This document shows, piece after piece, positions 27,878 to 36,554 of a DNA stretch of 36,554 bases. The notes under the pieces were generated by a model, which was not told the DNA's origin, did not search any database, and was given only the letters and a program-made list of their open reading frames with translations. This DNA is from Patescibacteria group bacterium UBA2100 (lineage in GTDB: Bacteria; Patescibacteriota; Minisyncoccia; Phycocordibacterales; UBA2100), in NCBI GenBank assembly GCA_002331185.1, contig DCYW01000039.1:1-36554 (forward strand), given 5' to 3'. The translations under genes and the position numbers were made by a program. How positions within the stretch are numbered: position 1 is the stretch's first letter; the number at the start of each line of letters is the position of its first letter.

Positions 27878-28327
27878 CTACTCGATTACATAACTGATAA
27901 CAACCCGTCGGTCGCGACCTTCGCCATGTGACTCAGTACGAATATTAGGCTCATCAGCAAGCGCTGAATGGACTATCATGCGTTCGTAGCCACTCATTGG
28001 TGTCATCTCGACATTATATTTTAATAAACGCGCTCTTTCAGCAAGAATTTTAGCTGTTTCTTTTAAATCCTCAATTTTCTTTGTTCGATATCCATTCACA
28101 TCAATAAGGAATCGCACCCGTTCTTCTTTATTCTCAAAAGCTTTTTTAACAATGTGATTTAGTGCCCGCACAGTGTCTCCACGACTCCCTATAAGATTCG
28201 CGCTGTCTTGCGTCTGAATTTGAAATACTGTTTGTTCTTTACTCTCTTCGATAATAACAGAATCAAACTCAACATGAGCTTTATGTAAAAGTTCCTCTAT
28301 AAAATTCTTAATTGCTTCCTGATTCAT
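27878..28327 (-). CDS. jag: Jag/KhpB-like KH-R3H RNA-binding protein
   Basis: LIGSRGDT KH loop, IDVNGYR, R3H motif ERMIVH, ESHGEGRDRRVVI; downstream of yidC. Confidence 0.9.
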   Translation of the reverse strand: MNQEAIKNFIEELLHKAHVEFDSVIIEESKEQTVFQIQTQDSANLIGSRGDTVRALNHIVKKAFENKEERVRFLIDVNGYRTKKIEDLKETAKILAERARLLKYNVEMTPMSGYERMIVHSALADEPNIRTESHGEGRDRRVVISYVIE

Positions 28328-29072
28328 AGTCCTTTGTTACACTCGCTTCTTTATTATGCTCTAACCTACGTCGTACAATAAGTTCTTGCCCGATTGCAAA
28401 AAGGTTGCTTGTTAGCCAATAGAGCGCAATGGCTGCAGAAATAGTATAAGAAATGACCACAACAATGATAGGCATCACGTACTTCATCTGTAAATGAAAA
28501 CTGTGCGCAAGATCTTCCTTAAGACTAGGGTTTTCACCTCGTGGTTTAGGTTTTGGAAGTGCATAGTAGCTATGTATAAATTGTGTTCCACCAGCAAGCA
28601 GCGCGAGAATGATACTTCTGCCACCCATATCAATAAGTCCTAAAAAATTCATATTTATTGCTGTAGGGTTGGGAACAAATGAATAGAGAAGATCTAGTTG
28701 TATGTCTGGTAACCCTCCTTTAAAGAACACCCAATAGAGTCCGAGAATAATAGGAAGTTGAATAAACACCACTAAAATACTCAGAAACGGTCGTACATCA
28801 TGTTCTCTGTACAATGCCATTATTTTGAGTGTTTGTTTTTGTTTGTCTTCTTTGTATTTTTCTTTAAGCTCTTCTAGTTTTGGAGCCAACTCTTTCATTT
28901 TCACCTGCATGTGTGCAACTTTGTGCGCAAGAGGGAATAAAAATATCTTGACGATGACAGTGAGGATAATGACAGCAGCTCCAACATCTGCGTAAGGAAC
29001 AATATCAATAAGAAAAACCAACCCATTATATAAGGGTGTAAAGATAAAAGTGTTAAAGATGTTTATAATCAT
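28308..29072 (-). CDS. yidC: YidC/Oxa1 membrane protein insertase (short form)
   Basis: IILTVIVKIFLFPL, QLPIILGLY, ALYWLTSNLF; canonical rpmH-rnpA-yidC-jag order. Confidence 0.94.
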   Translation of the reverse strand: MIINIFNTFIFTPLYNGLVFLIDIVPYADVGAAVIILTVIVKIFLFPLAHKVAHMQVKMKELAPKLEELKEKYKEDKQKQTLKIMALYREHDVRPFLSILVVFIQLPIILGLYWVFFKGGLPDIQLDLLYSFVPNPTAINMNFLGLIDMGGRSIILALLAGGTQFIHSYYALPKPKPRGENPSLKEDLAHSFHLQMKYVMPIIVVVISYTISAAIALYWLTSNLFAIGQELIVRRRLEHNKEASVTKDYESGSN

Positions 29073-29111
29073 TGCAGCATAGTAGCGCACACTGCAGTGC
29101 AAGTAAATGAA

Positions 29112-29420
29112 TTAGATAAGAAGACGTTGTAGCTCTTCGCGTATTTCAGAAATAGAAAGATCTTTCACCCCCTTTTTTGCATATACGACAAAGGTTGTAT
29201 TTTTTGAAAATGTAAGTGGACGTATTGCTTCCCATATCCGTCGCTTAAGTGTGTTGCGAATCACCGCTTTTGAAGAAACTTTTTTTGATACCACCACCGC
29301 AGTAAGTGGGGGGCTATTAGTAAGTGTGCGTACTGAGAAGTGGGGTGTGTTGCGAGTCTTTCCATAAGCAACAACATTACGCACCGCGGCGGTAGTTGCA
29401 CGGTGTTTTTTAGAAAACAT
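29112..29420 (-). CDS. rnpA: Ribonuclease P protein component
   Basis: VVVSKKVSSKAVIRNTLKRR motif; synteny. Confidence 0.9.
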   Translation of the reverse strand: MFSKKHRATTAAVRNVVAYGKTRNTPHFSVRTLTNSPPLTAVVVSKKVSSKAVIRNTLKRRIWEAIRPLTFSKNTTFVVYAKKGVKDLSISEIREELQRLLI

Positions 29421-29434
29421 ACAGTAAGAGTGAT

Positions 29435-29584
29435 CTACTTCTTTTTAACAGCCAGTTGCGCTCGCCCGCGTCGACGTCGCGTAAGAAGGACACGACGTCC
29501 TGCTGCTGTTGCTGCTCGTGCAAGAAATCCATGCTTTCGCTGCCGTTTCTTTTTCTTTGGTTGGTATGTACGCTTTGTAGACAT
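29435..29584 (-). CDS. rpmH: 50S ribosomal protein L34 (absent from the ORF track)
   Basis: Hand translation: [49 protein letters not shown]. Confidence 0.96.
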   Translation of the reverse strand: MSTKRTYQPKKKKRQRKHGFLARAATAAGRRVLLTRRRRGRAQLAVKKK

Positions 29585-29599
29585 AAGAAATATATAGTA

Positions 29600-29870
29600 C
29601 GTATAAAACCAAGAAAAGCAATAGGGTGTGGATTATTTTTGTATTGTCCACATTTTATATTTTTTTATTTATGTGATTTCACTATCTTTCGGTCATTATA
29701 AGTATTACTACTTAGATTTTTAAAGAGATATATGTCTTTGATAGAGTAAGATGTGAAAAATTCTATTAAATGTTTTTTAGTTATCCTCAGGTTATCAACA
29801 TATATTTTGATTTTGGCGTAATTTCCAGACTGTGGAAAACTTGTATATAATGGTCTTGCTTTCAAGATAT
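29600..29870. promoter_or_regulatory. oriC part 1: DnaA-box cluster upstream of dnaA
   Basis: Very AT-rich; perfect TTWTNCACA boxes at 29752-29760(-) and 29831-29839(-); 1-mismatch boxes at 29627, 29644, 29781, 29792. Confidence 0.8.
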
Positions 29871-31223
29871 ATGTTAAACGATCAAGAACTTTGGCAAAAT
29901 ACACTTGTGTATATAGAGATGAATATCTCTGAAGCAAGTTTCCGTACGTGGTTTAAAGATACAGCAATCATTAAACATGATAACAATGTTGTGTATATAG
30001 GAGTGCCTAATAAGATTGTGAAAGATTGGTTATTTGAAAAGCATAATAGTTTTATTCTAAAAACTATTCGTGGATTTGATGATTCAATCAGAGGTATTGA
30101 ATATACTGTAACAAAAAATGCTGCTAAACGCGCTTCAGGTGAGCAACGTCTTACACAAAACACAAATCAGAACCAACTACTATTACAAGATATGTTTATT
30201 GATAAGAGAGATAATCTTAATCCTCGATATACATTCGACACTTTTGTGGTTGGACCATTTAACCAATTAGCGCACGCCGCGGCTCAAGCTGTTGTACAAA
30301 ACCCAGGTCTTACATACAACCCTTTGTTTATTTATGGTGGTACAGGCCACGGCAAAACACACCTTATTCAATCAATAGGGAATTATCTAAAAAAAACAAA
30401 CTCTAACCGTAAAGTTTTTTATGTTACATCAGAGAGATTCACTATGGATTTTATAAATGCTGTGAAAATTGGTAAGGGTAATAACTTTAAGGATAAGTAT
30501 AGGCAATACGATGTGTTGATTATGGATGATATACAATTCATCGCAGACAGAGAACGAACACAAGAAGAATTGTTTCATTTATTTAACGCCTTGTACGACA
30601 ACAATAAACAAATTATATTTTCATCAGACAAACATCCAAACAGCTTACCTGGTTTAGAAGAACGGCTTAAAGGACGTTTTAGTGCTGGTATGATTGCTGA
30701 AATTCCAAATCCTGATATTGAATCGAGGATGGAAATATTACGTGAAAAAGCGCTACAGCACAGTTTTAATATTCCAGAAGAGGTTCTTCAATATATATCT
30801 AAAGAAGTACCAGGGAATATTAGGGAGCTAGAAGGTCTTCTTAATACTTTGATTTGTAAAACTCAATTGAAAGGAAAGGAATTAAGCTCTTTAGAGGTAC
30901 AAAATGTTGTAAAACACACAAGTAAGCCGAATAAAAATATTTCAGTTGCTGAGGTTGTCAAAAAAATATCTGAATATTATGAAGTGGAAGAACAAAATAT
31001 TTATAAAAAAACTAGAAAGAAAGAAGTTGTTCGTCCACGACAAGTGATTATGTATATCTTGCGTGAAGATTTTGCTATTTCTTACCCAAGTATTGGGGAG
31101 AAGATAGGGGGGAGAGATCACACTACTGTAATTCACTCTTGTGAGAAGATAAAAAATGAGATTAAAACAGATTCTGTTCTTGATCAGGAAATTAATCATG
31201 TCCGTACACTTATACACAATTAG
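29871..31223 (+). CDS. dnaA: Chromosomal replication initiator DnaA
   Basis: LNPRYTFDTFVVG, YNPLFIYGGTGHGKTHL, DDIQF, QEELFHLFN, GGRDHTTVIHS; start set at ATG 29871. Confidence 0.98.
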   Translation: MLNDQELWQNTLVYIEMNISEASFRTWFKDTAIIKHDNNVVYIGVPNKIVKDWLFEKHNSFILKTIRGFDDSIRGIEYTVTKNAAKRASGEQRLTQNTNQNQLLLQDMFIDKRDNLNPRYTFDTFVVGPFNQLAHAAAQAVVQNPGLTYNPLFIYGGTGHGKTHLIQSIGNYLKKTNSNRKVFYVTSERFTMDFINAVKIGKGNNFKDKYRQYDVLIMDDIQFIADRERTQEELFHLFNALYDNNKQIIFSSDKHPNSLPGLEERLKGRFSAGMIAEIPNPDIESRMEILREKALQHSFNIPEEVLQYISKEVPGNIRELEGLLNTLICKTQLKGKELSSLEVQNVVKHTSKPNKNISVAEVVKKISEYYEVEEQNIYKKTRKKEVVRPRQVIMYILREDFAISYPSIGEKIGGRDHTTVIHSCEKIKNEIKTDSVLDQEINHVRTLIHN

Positions 31224-31469
31224 GTGTTAGTTAGTTGTGTGTAAATGTTGGGATTTGGTGTTGATAACCATGTTAATTATAGAAGGGTTGTCCACAAAAA
31301 ATCTTAAAATGTTTTTAGATAGTAGTTATTAACACTCTTATTATTTATTTCTCACCTAGTAACCCACAGAGTATATATCTAAAAAACGTTTAATAATTTA
31401 GTTATTTATATATTTGTCCACATACACACAGCCCTAATATATAATCGTTGAGGAAAATAAAAAATACGT
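31210..31469. promoter_or_regulatory. oriC part 2: dnaA-dnaN intergenic DnaA-box cluster
   Basis: ttatacaca at 31210, tgttgataa at 31259, ttgtccaca at 31288 and 31414, plus weaker boxes and AT-rich tracts. Confidence 0.8.
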
Positions 31470-32573
31470 ATGAAATTAGAATGTTTAAAAAAAGACTTTG
31501 AAGAGGCTGTGGATATCACATCAAGAGTTGTATCTAACTCAGCAACACTCCCTGTACTTAAGTGTGTAGTATTTGAAGCAAAAGGTAAAAATATAATTGC
31601 ACGCTCAACAAATTTAGAACTTAGTATTGAAATAAAATTTTCCGCAGATATAAAAACAGAAGGCTCTGTTGCAATTCCTGCTCAAATACTACACTCAACT
31701 CTTAAAACATCACCACAACAATCAAAAATATCATTAGAACTTATTGATGGGTCAATAGTATTAATAATAGGTGGTGCACAAACAACAATTAAAACAGTTC
31801 CTTTAGATGATTTTCCAACAATTCCTAAACCAGAAACAAAAAAGAAACATATAATACCGAAAGAAAGTCTTATTAACGGTGTAAAAAGTGTTTTATATAG
31901 CGCTTCAACCTCATTAATTAAACCAGAGCTCGCTAGTGTATATATATACCATGAAGACGAAAACTTAGTGTTTGTTGCTACTGACTCATTTCGCCTTGCT
32001 GAAAAAAAAGTACCTTACAAAACACAAGGAGATCTACCCACTACAATAATGCCTATTAAAAATACTACAGAGCTAGTTCGTATTTTAGAATCACAACAAA
32101 ACCAAAACCTTGAAGTATTTATTGATGAAAACCAATATTCAATTAAAAGCGACGATTTATATATAACTTCTCGAATTATAGACGGCTCTTTTCCTGATTA
32201 TAGAAGTATTCTTCCAAAAAAAACAACCACAGAAGTAGTTGTGTTAAAAGAAGATCTTTTAAATACACTTAAAAAAGCTCAAATATTCTCTAATAAATTC
32301 GGTCAAATTACACTTCATGTATATCCTCAAAAAAAGACATTTACTATAAGTGCAAGAAACAATGATGTTGGTGAAATATTTGATTCATTAGACGCTGCAA
32401 TAACAGGTGAGGATTTAGATATAAGTTTTAACCATAAGTATCTTATAGATGTATTCCAGTCAGTCTCTTCAGATAGTGTTTCTCTTTCTTTTGCAGGTTT
32501 TGGAAAACCTTTAATTATTAAAGGTGTGAGCGACAACTCGTTTATATATCTAGTTATGCCAATGAATAAATAA
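31470..32573 (+). CDS. dnaN: DNA polymerase III beta sliding clamp
   Basis: LPVL, STNLE, VATDSFRLA, SRIIDGSFPDY, FNHKYL, YLVMPM. Confidence 0.97.
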   Translation: MKLECLKKDFEEAVDITSRVVSNSATLPVLKCVVFEAKGKNIIARSTNLELSIEIKFSADIKTEGSVAIPAQILHSTLKTSPQQSKISLELIDGSIVLIIGGAQTTIKTVPLDDFPTIPKPETKKKHIIPKESLINGVKSVLYSASTSLIKPELASVYIYHEDENLVFVATDSFRLAEKKVPYKTQGDLPTTIMPIKNTTELVRILESQQNQNLEVFIDENQYSIKSDDLYITSRIIDGSFPDYRSILPKKTTTEVVVLKEDLLNTLKKAQIFSNKFGQITLHVYPQKKTFTISARNNDVGEIFDSLDAAITGEDLDISFNHKYLIDVFQSVSSDSVSLSFAGFGKPLIIKGVSDNSFIYLVMPMNK

Positions 32574-32579
32574 ATAGGT

Positions 32580-32840
32580 ATGAAAATAATAAACAATCTA
32601 CTTGAAAGATATGCACACATTCAAGCTCCTAACGCTACAATTAAAAACGCGTTTATAAACGCTGTAGAAGAAACAATAGATTTTATTATAGATAAAAAAG
32701 ATGTAAAAATACATAACCACACAGCACATATCAATGCACCATCAGTTATTAAGAGTGAGATACGTTTTAACCAACAAGATATTTTAAAGAAAGTAACTAA
32801 ACAAGTAGGTGACAAAAATGCACTCACAGCAATCTTCTAA
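32580..32840 (+). CDS. Small hypothetical protein, DciA/DUF721-like candidate
   Basis: 86 aa directly after dnaN; VKIHNHTAHINAPSVIKSEIRFNQQDILKKV resembles the DciA KH-like core. Confidence 0.6.
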   Translation: MKIINNLLERYAHIQAPNATIKNAFINAVEETIDFIIDKKDVKIHNHTAHINAPSVIKSEIRFNQQDILKKVTKQVGDKNALTAIF

Positions 32841-32850
32841 GCACAAGTTA

Positions 32851-35259
32851 TTAGTTTATGTTAAAAGTAACTTTTGTTGTATAACTTGAGGTAGTGTCAC
32901 TTTGCCCAATAACTATAATAGTTTGTTCACCCTTACCGCTTGGGATAATGTTTAGTGTAAACGGTTTTTGATTCGAACTTCCCATAAAAACATCGTTAAA
33001 GTAGTAATCTACTGACGTAATAGAGAGTGAATTGTTTGTACCAACTAATATTGGAAGAATTTCTCCCTCTTTATACACACCACCTGTTACTGGTGAAAGT
33101 ATTTTTATATTTTCTTGTGTGCTTATAGTCTGGTTACCAACAATCGAATCTAAACTTTTCACTAATTGCGGTGTGTTTTCCTGAGCCCATATATCAACTG
33201 CATACTCCCACGACTCATACTGAGGGTCCTGGGATGGATTTTCAGGTCCTGGTCCTCTTGGGTCGTTTTTAGAAACCCAATGGAGTATAGAATGAACACT
33301 AGAAGTGGTAGTAGACGCAGTTAGGTCTTGCCAAAATCCACGAAGTACTGGTTTTAGAGTTTCTCCACCTTCTTCTGGTGTTGGCGGGTTAAAATTTTTA
33401 GGTTCTACCAATAATAGGGCTCTATCCATATATGCACGCCACATTGGAGCGAGAACAAACCCTGCAACCTTTTTAACAATAGGAGAGTTGTCATTATTTC
33501 CTCCCCATGTCCCTACTGCAATCGAAGGTGTATAACCCATTATCCATACATCCCTAAAATCATTAGTCGTACCAGTCTTAATTGCGACTTGTTGAGAACC
33601 AAACGAAAATGAATTTTCGCCGTACGCTGGTGTACGTGCTTGAACATCTGTAAGAATACTCGAAATTGAGCGAGCTGTTTGTTCTGAAATCACTTGCTCA
33701 CCCTCATTCTCCTCGTATTCTTCAAGGACCGTTCCAACTGAGTCTTCAACACGTAAAATAGCAGTGTATGGATGCCGTACTCCATCGTTTGCAAATACAC
33801 CATACGCACTTGTTATTTCTAAAGGTGAGACTTCGCCACCACCAAGCACTAAAGGAAGTCCATAATAATTAACATTTTCTGCAAGACTTTCTATACCAAG
33901 TTTTTGAGCTGTTTCAAGCGCTGTATTTACCCCAACCAAATACAGAGCTTTTACAGCGGGAATGTTTATTGATTGAGCGAGCGCATTACGGAATGTTATT
34001 GGGCCGCGGAATACAGAATCATAATTTACTGGGGAATAACAACCACCCACGCTACTAAAGTTATTTGGTTCACAGTTTGTCGAGAATTGAGTGGGAACAT
34101 CAAAGACAACAGTTTCGGGTGTGTATCCTTGCTCGAATGCAGATGCATACACAATTGGTTTGAATGTAGATCCTGGTTGACGATATGCAGTTGTAATATT
34201 AAATTTTCCATCTATGTCCTTATCGAAATAGTTGCGCGACCCAACCATGGTAAGTATTTGTCCCGTTTTTGGCTCAATGGCAACAAGGGCTGCATTTTCA
34301 GCATTAAAATTTTCTTCATTCGCATATGCAAACTCTGCAACAACCTCTTCTCCAATTTTCTGCAAATCATAATTAAGTGTGGTTATAACCTTCAAACCAC
34401 TTTCATATACAGCTTCTCGACCGTATTTTTCTTCAAGATACTCTCGCACATAAAAAACAAAGTGTGGAGCTTTAATATTTGTATCACCGTACTGTTCAAA
34501 AGTTACAACCTCCATCAATGCACCGTCATACTCCTCTTGAGTGATAAAACCACCTTGCAGCATTTGTGAAAGGACTAAATTTTTTCTTTCTTCTAATAGG
34601 TCAGTACGATTTCCGTATGGAGAGTACCGGCTTGGAGCTTGGGGGAGAGCTGCTAGGTATGCTGCTTCCGCAAGCGTGAGTTCGCTAGCAGGTTTTGCAT
34701 AAAAGTATTGTGAAGCTTCTTCAGCACCGTAAATATTTCCACCGTACGGTACTTCGTTTAAATAAAGTTCCAGAATCTCATCTTTCTCTAAAATCCGTTC
34801 AATTTTTAGTGCCAAAATCCACTCCTTCACTTTGCGAGATATTTTTTTTTCATTCGTAAGCAAAGTATTCTTAATTACCTGTTGAGTGATTGTTGAGCCA
34901 CCTTGTCCGCCAAGAAGAGCTCCGGTTGTTATGTTGTCATACACTGCTTTAAGTGTCCGACCAGGACGAATACCATAGTGATTATAAAATTCTGCATCTT
35001 CAATAGCGATGGTTGCGTTCTTTAAATTGCGAGATATGTCCTCAAGCGGGACTACTGTGCGACGAACATCCTCATATAAATCAAAAAGAAGAATTTCTCC
35101 GGTACGATCATAGATTTTTGTTGATTGAGTTATTTGCCGTGTAGCAAATCCGTCAAGAGTGGGGATTTCAAGAGTTGCTACCCATAAAAAAATACCACTC
35201 ACTGCAAAAAGCCCCAATGCAATTGAAGTTATCAAGAGGTTACGAACTATTCGCTTCAT
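32851..35259 (-). CDS. Class A penicillin-binding protein (PBP1A family) with C-terminal Ig-like domain
   Basis: TM anchor; transglycosylase motifs IEDAEFYNHYG, GGSTITQQ, RKVKE; transpeptidase STFK, SIN, KTGT; start set at ATG 35259. Confidence 0.95.
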   Translation of the reverse strand: MKRIVRNLLITSIALGLFAVSGIFLWVATLEIPTLDGFATRQITQSTKIYDRTGEILLFDLYEDVRRTVVPLEDISRNLKNATIAIEDAEFYNHYGIRPGRTLKAVYDNITTGALLGGQGGSTITQQVIKNTLLTNEKKISRKVKEWILALKIERILEKDEILELYLNEVPYGGNIYGAEEASQYFYAKPASELTLAEAAYLAALPQAPSRYSPYGNRTDLLEERKNLVLSQMLQGGFITQEEYDGALMEVVTFEQYGDTNIKAPHFVFYVREYLEEKYGREAVYESGLKVITTLNYDLQKIGEEVVAEFAYANEENFNAENAALVAIEPKTGQILTMVGSRNYFDKDIDGKFNITTAYRQPGSTFKPIVYASAFEQGYTPETVVFDVPTQFSTNCEPNNFSSVGGCYSPVNYDSVFRGPITFRNALAQSINIPAVKALYLVGVNTALETAQKLGIESLAENVNYYGLPLVLGGGEVSPLEITSAYGVFANDGVRHPYTAILRVEDSVGTVLEEYEENEGEQVISEQTARSISSILTDVQARTPAYGENSFSFGSQQVAIKTGTTNDFRDVWIMGYTPSIAVGTWGGNNDNSPIVKKVAGFVLAPMWRAYMDRALLLVEPKNFNPPTPEEGGETLKPVLRGFWQDLTASTTTSSVHSILHWVSKNDPRGPGPENPSQDPQYESWEYAVDIWAQENTPQLVKSLDSIVGNQTISTQENIKILSPVTGGVYKEGEILPILVGTNNSLSITSVDYYFNDVFMGSSNQKPFTLNIIPSGKGEQTIIVIGQSDTTSSYTTKVTFNIN

Positions 35260-35307
35260 TAAAACAAAAGGTACCATGAAACAATGATTTGGTGTAGTAT
35301 TTAGACC

Positions 35308-36525
35308 ATGTTTCCTAACTTTTTTAACACCGCGGCTGTAAATACAGACGAATCTAAGATAGAAGAATTACTTACTCGAGGGGTAGAAGAAGTTATTCAT
35401 TATGATTTCATAAAAAAGAAACTCCTTTCTGGTAAACAGTTGCGTATTAAATTAGGAATCGATCCGACAAGCCCCAATCTTCATTTAGGGCGAGCAGTGC
35501 CACTGCTTAAGCTCCGAGATTTTCAAAAGCTTGGGCACCAAGTCGTGTTTGTCATTGGTGACGGCACTGGTGTAGTGGGGGATACTTCCGACAAAGAGAG
35601 CGAGCGACCGATGCTCACAAAAAAAGACGTACAGGAAAATATGAGTACCTACTTTGAACAGGCTGGAGCAATACTTGATATGAATAAGGTAGAGAAACGC
35701 CGCAATTCTGAATGGTTACACAAACTTACCTACGAAGAAATAGGAGACCATGCTGATCAATTTTCTGTCGCTGATTTCATTGCACGCGACAATATCAAAA
35801 AGCGTCTTGATGCAGGAAAACGAGTTTCATTACGCGAAATGCTTTACCCACTTATGCAGGGCTACGATAGTGTGGCACTTAAAGCGGATGTAGAACTTGG
35901 CGGTACTGACCAGCGTTTTAACCTTCTTGCAGGCAGAGCATTGCAAGAGAGGTTTGGGCAGGAGCGACAAGATGTAATCATGAGCTCATTAATTGAAGGA
36001 ACTGACGGACGCAAAATGAGCTCAAGTTGGGGCAATACAATCAATCTTACCGAGTCTCCAGCAGATATGTACGCAAAAGTGATGCGTATAAATGATGATA
36101 TTATACCGACGTATTTCACAAATTTAACTCGACTACCCATGGCCGAGGTTAATGAAATTATAAAAGGTTTAAGTGCGAAAACAGTGAATGTGCGAGACAC
36201 CAAGATGCGGCTTGCACATGCAATTGTCAGCCTCTTTCACAATGAAAAAGAAGCTGTTACCGCTGAAGAAGTATTTATTTCAACTGTTCAGAAAGGAGAT
36301 GCGCCAGAAAATGTACAAACCGTCTCAATCAAACAAGGAGACGTTCTTGTAGATGTTCTGCTTGAAGCGAGTATGGTAGCGTCTAAAGCTGACTTCAAGC
36401 GCTTGGTTGAAGCTGGAGCTGTAACAAACAAGACAACAAATAAAAAAATAACGAATACAGTAGCAGTCGCTACTACTGGAGTGTACAAAATAGGAAAACA
36501 CAGATTTTTGAAAATCAAAGCATAA
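35308..36525 (+). CDS. tyrS: Tyrosine--tRNA ligase
   Basis: KLGIDPTSPNLHLGR, YPLMQGYDS, LGGTDQRFN, KMSSSWGN, C-terminal S4-like domain. Confidence 0.96.
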   Translation: MFPNFFNTAAVNTDESKIEELLTRGVEEVIHYDFIKKKLLSGKQLRIKLGIDPTSPNLHLGRAVPLLKLRDFQKLGHQVVFVIGDGTGVVGDTSDKESERPMLTKKDVQENMSTYFEQAGAILDMNKVEKRRNSEWLHKLTYEEIGDHADQFSVADFIARDNIKKRLDAGKRVSLREMLYPLMQGYDSVALKADVELGGTDQRFNLLAGRALQERFGQERQDVIMSSLIEGTDGRKMSSSWGNTINLTESPADMYAKVMRINDDIIPTYFTNLTRLPMAEVNEIIKGLSAKTVNVRDTKMRLAHAIVSLFHNEKEAVTAEEVFISTVQKGDAPENVQTVSIKQGDVLVDVLLEASMVASKADFKRLVEAGAVTNKTTNKKITNTVAVATTGVYKIGKHRFLKIKA

Positions 36526-36526
36526 A

Positions 36527-36554
36527 ACGAATGCCTCAATTAATTGAGGCATTC
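36527..36554. repeat. Palindromic terminator / dispersed repeat, copy 2 (runs off the window end)
   Basis: acgaatgcctcaattaattgaggcattc; 27/28 identical to 6542-6569. Confidence 0.8.

Noticed and set aside
987-29870. Upstream extensions in the ORF track (987, 4938, 8762, 9096, 22369, 24693, 27061, 29832)
   Set aside because: They overlap neighbouring genes, terminators or promoter boxes; downstream starts fit family lengths better
29600-32850. Low-GC stretch as a horizontally acquired island
   Set aside because: It contains dnaA, dnaN and oriC in canonical order; AT richness around the origin is the simpler explanation
33973-34569. 198-aa plus-strand ORF, and other long antisense ORFs such as 18848-19519
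   Set aside because: Shadows of well-supported genes on the opposite strand with no recognisable motifs

Overview
Chromosomal replication-origin region of a small-genome bacterium. The gene set and style point to Patescibacteria/CPR, Parcubacteria-like (inference); TGA is used as a stop, so genetic code 11. Left to right: a XerC/D-type recombinase; rpsO, a NYN RNase, an alpha/beta hydrolase and pnp; a DksA/TraR-like gene; comM/yifB; a small accessory patch (palindrome-flanked orphan, MazG/YpjD, P-loop kinase, two tandem covarying hairpin elements); a LysM-M23 peptidase; pcrA-DUF1653-rsmA; a ~13.7 kb chromosomal T4SS-like locus (VirB6, PrgI/VirB3, an apparently split VirB4, a Cys-rich T4SS pilin and several uncharacterised envelope proteins, with no relaxase, VirD4 or VirB11 in view); then jag-yidC-rnpA-rpmH / oriC-dnaA-oriC-dnaN, a DciA-like ORF, a class A PBP and tyrS. 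The strongest non-coding signals are a 118-nt-period covarying hairpin pair, candidate structured leaders for prgI, rpsO and pnp, a palindrome repeated 30 kb apart, and -10 boxes 6-8 nt upstream of many start codons (probable leaderless mRNAs). All family assignments were made by eye from motifs; no searches were run.
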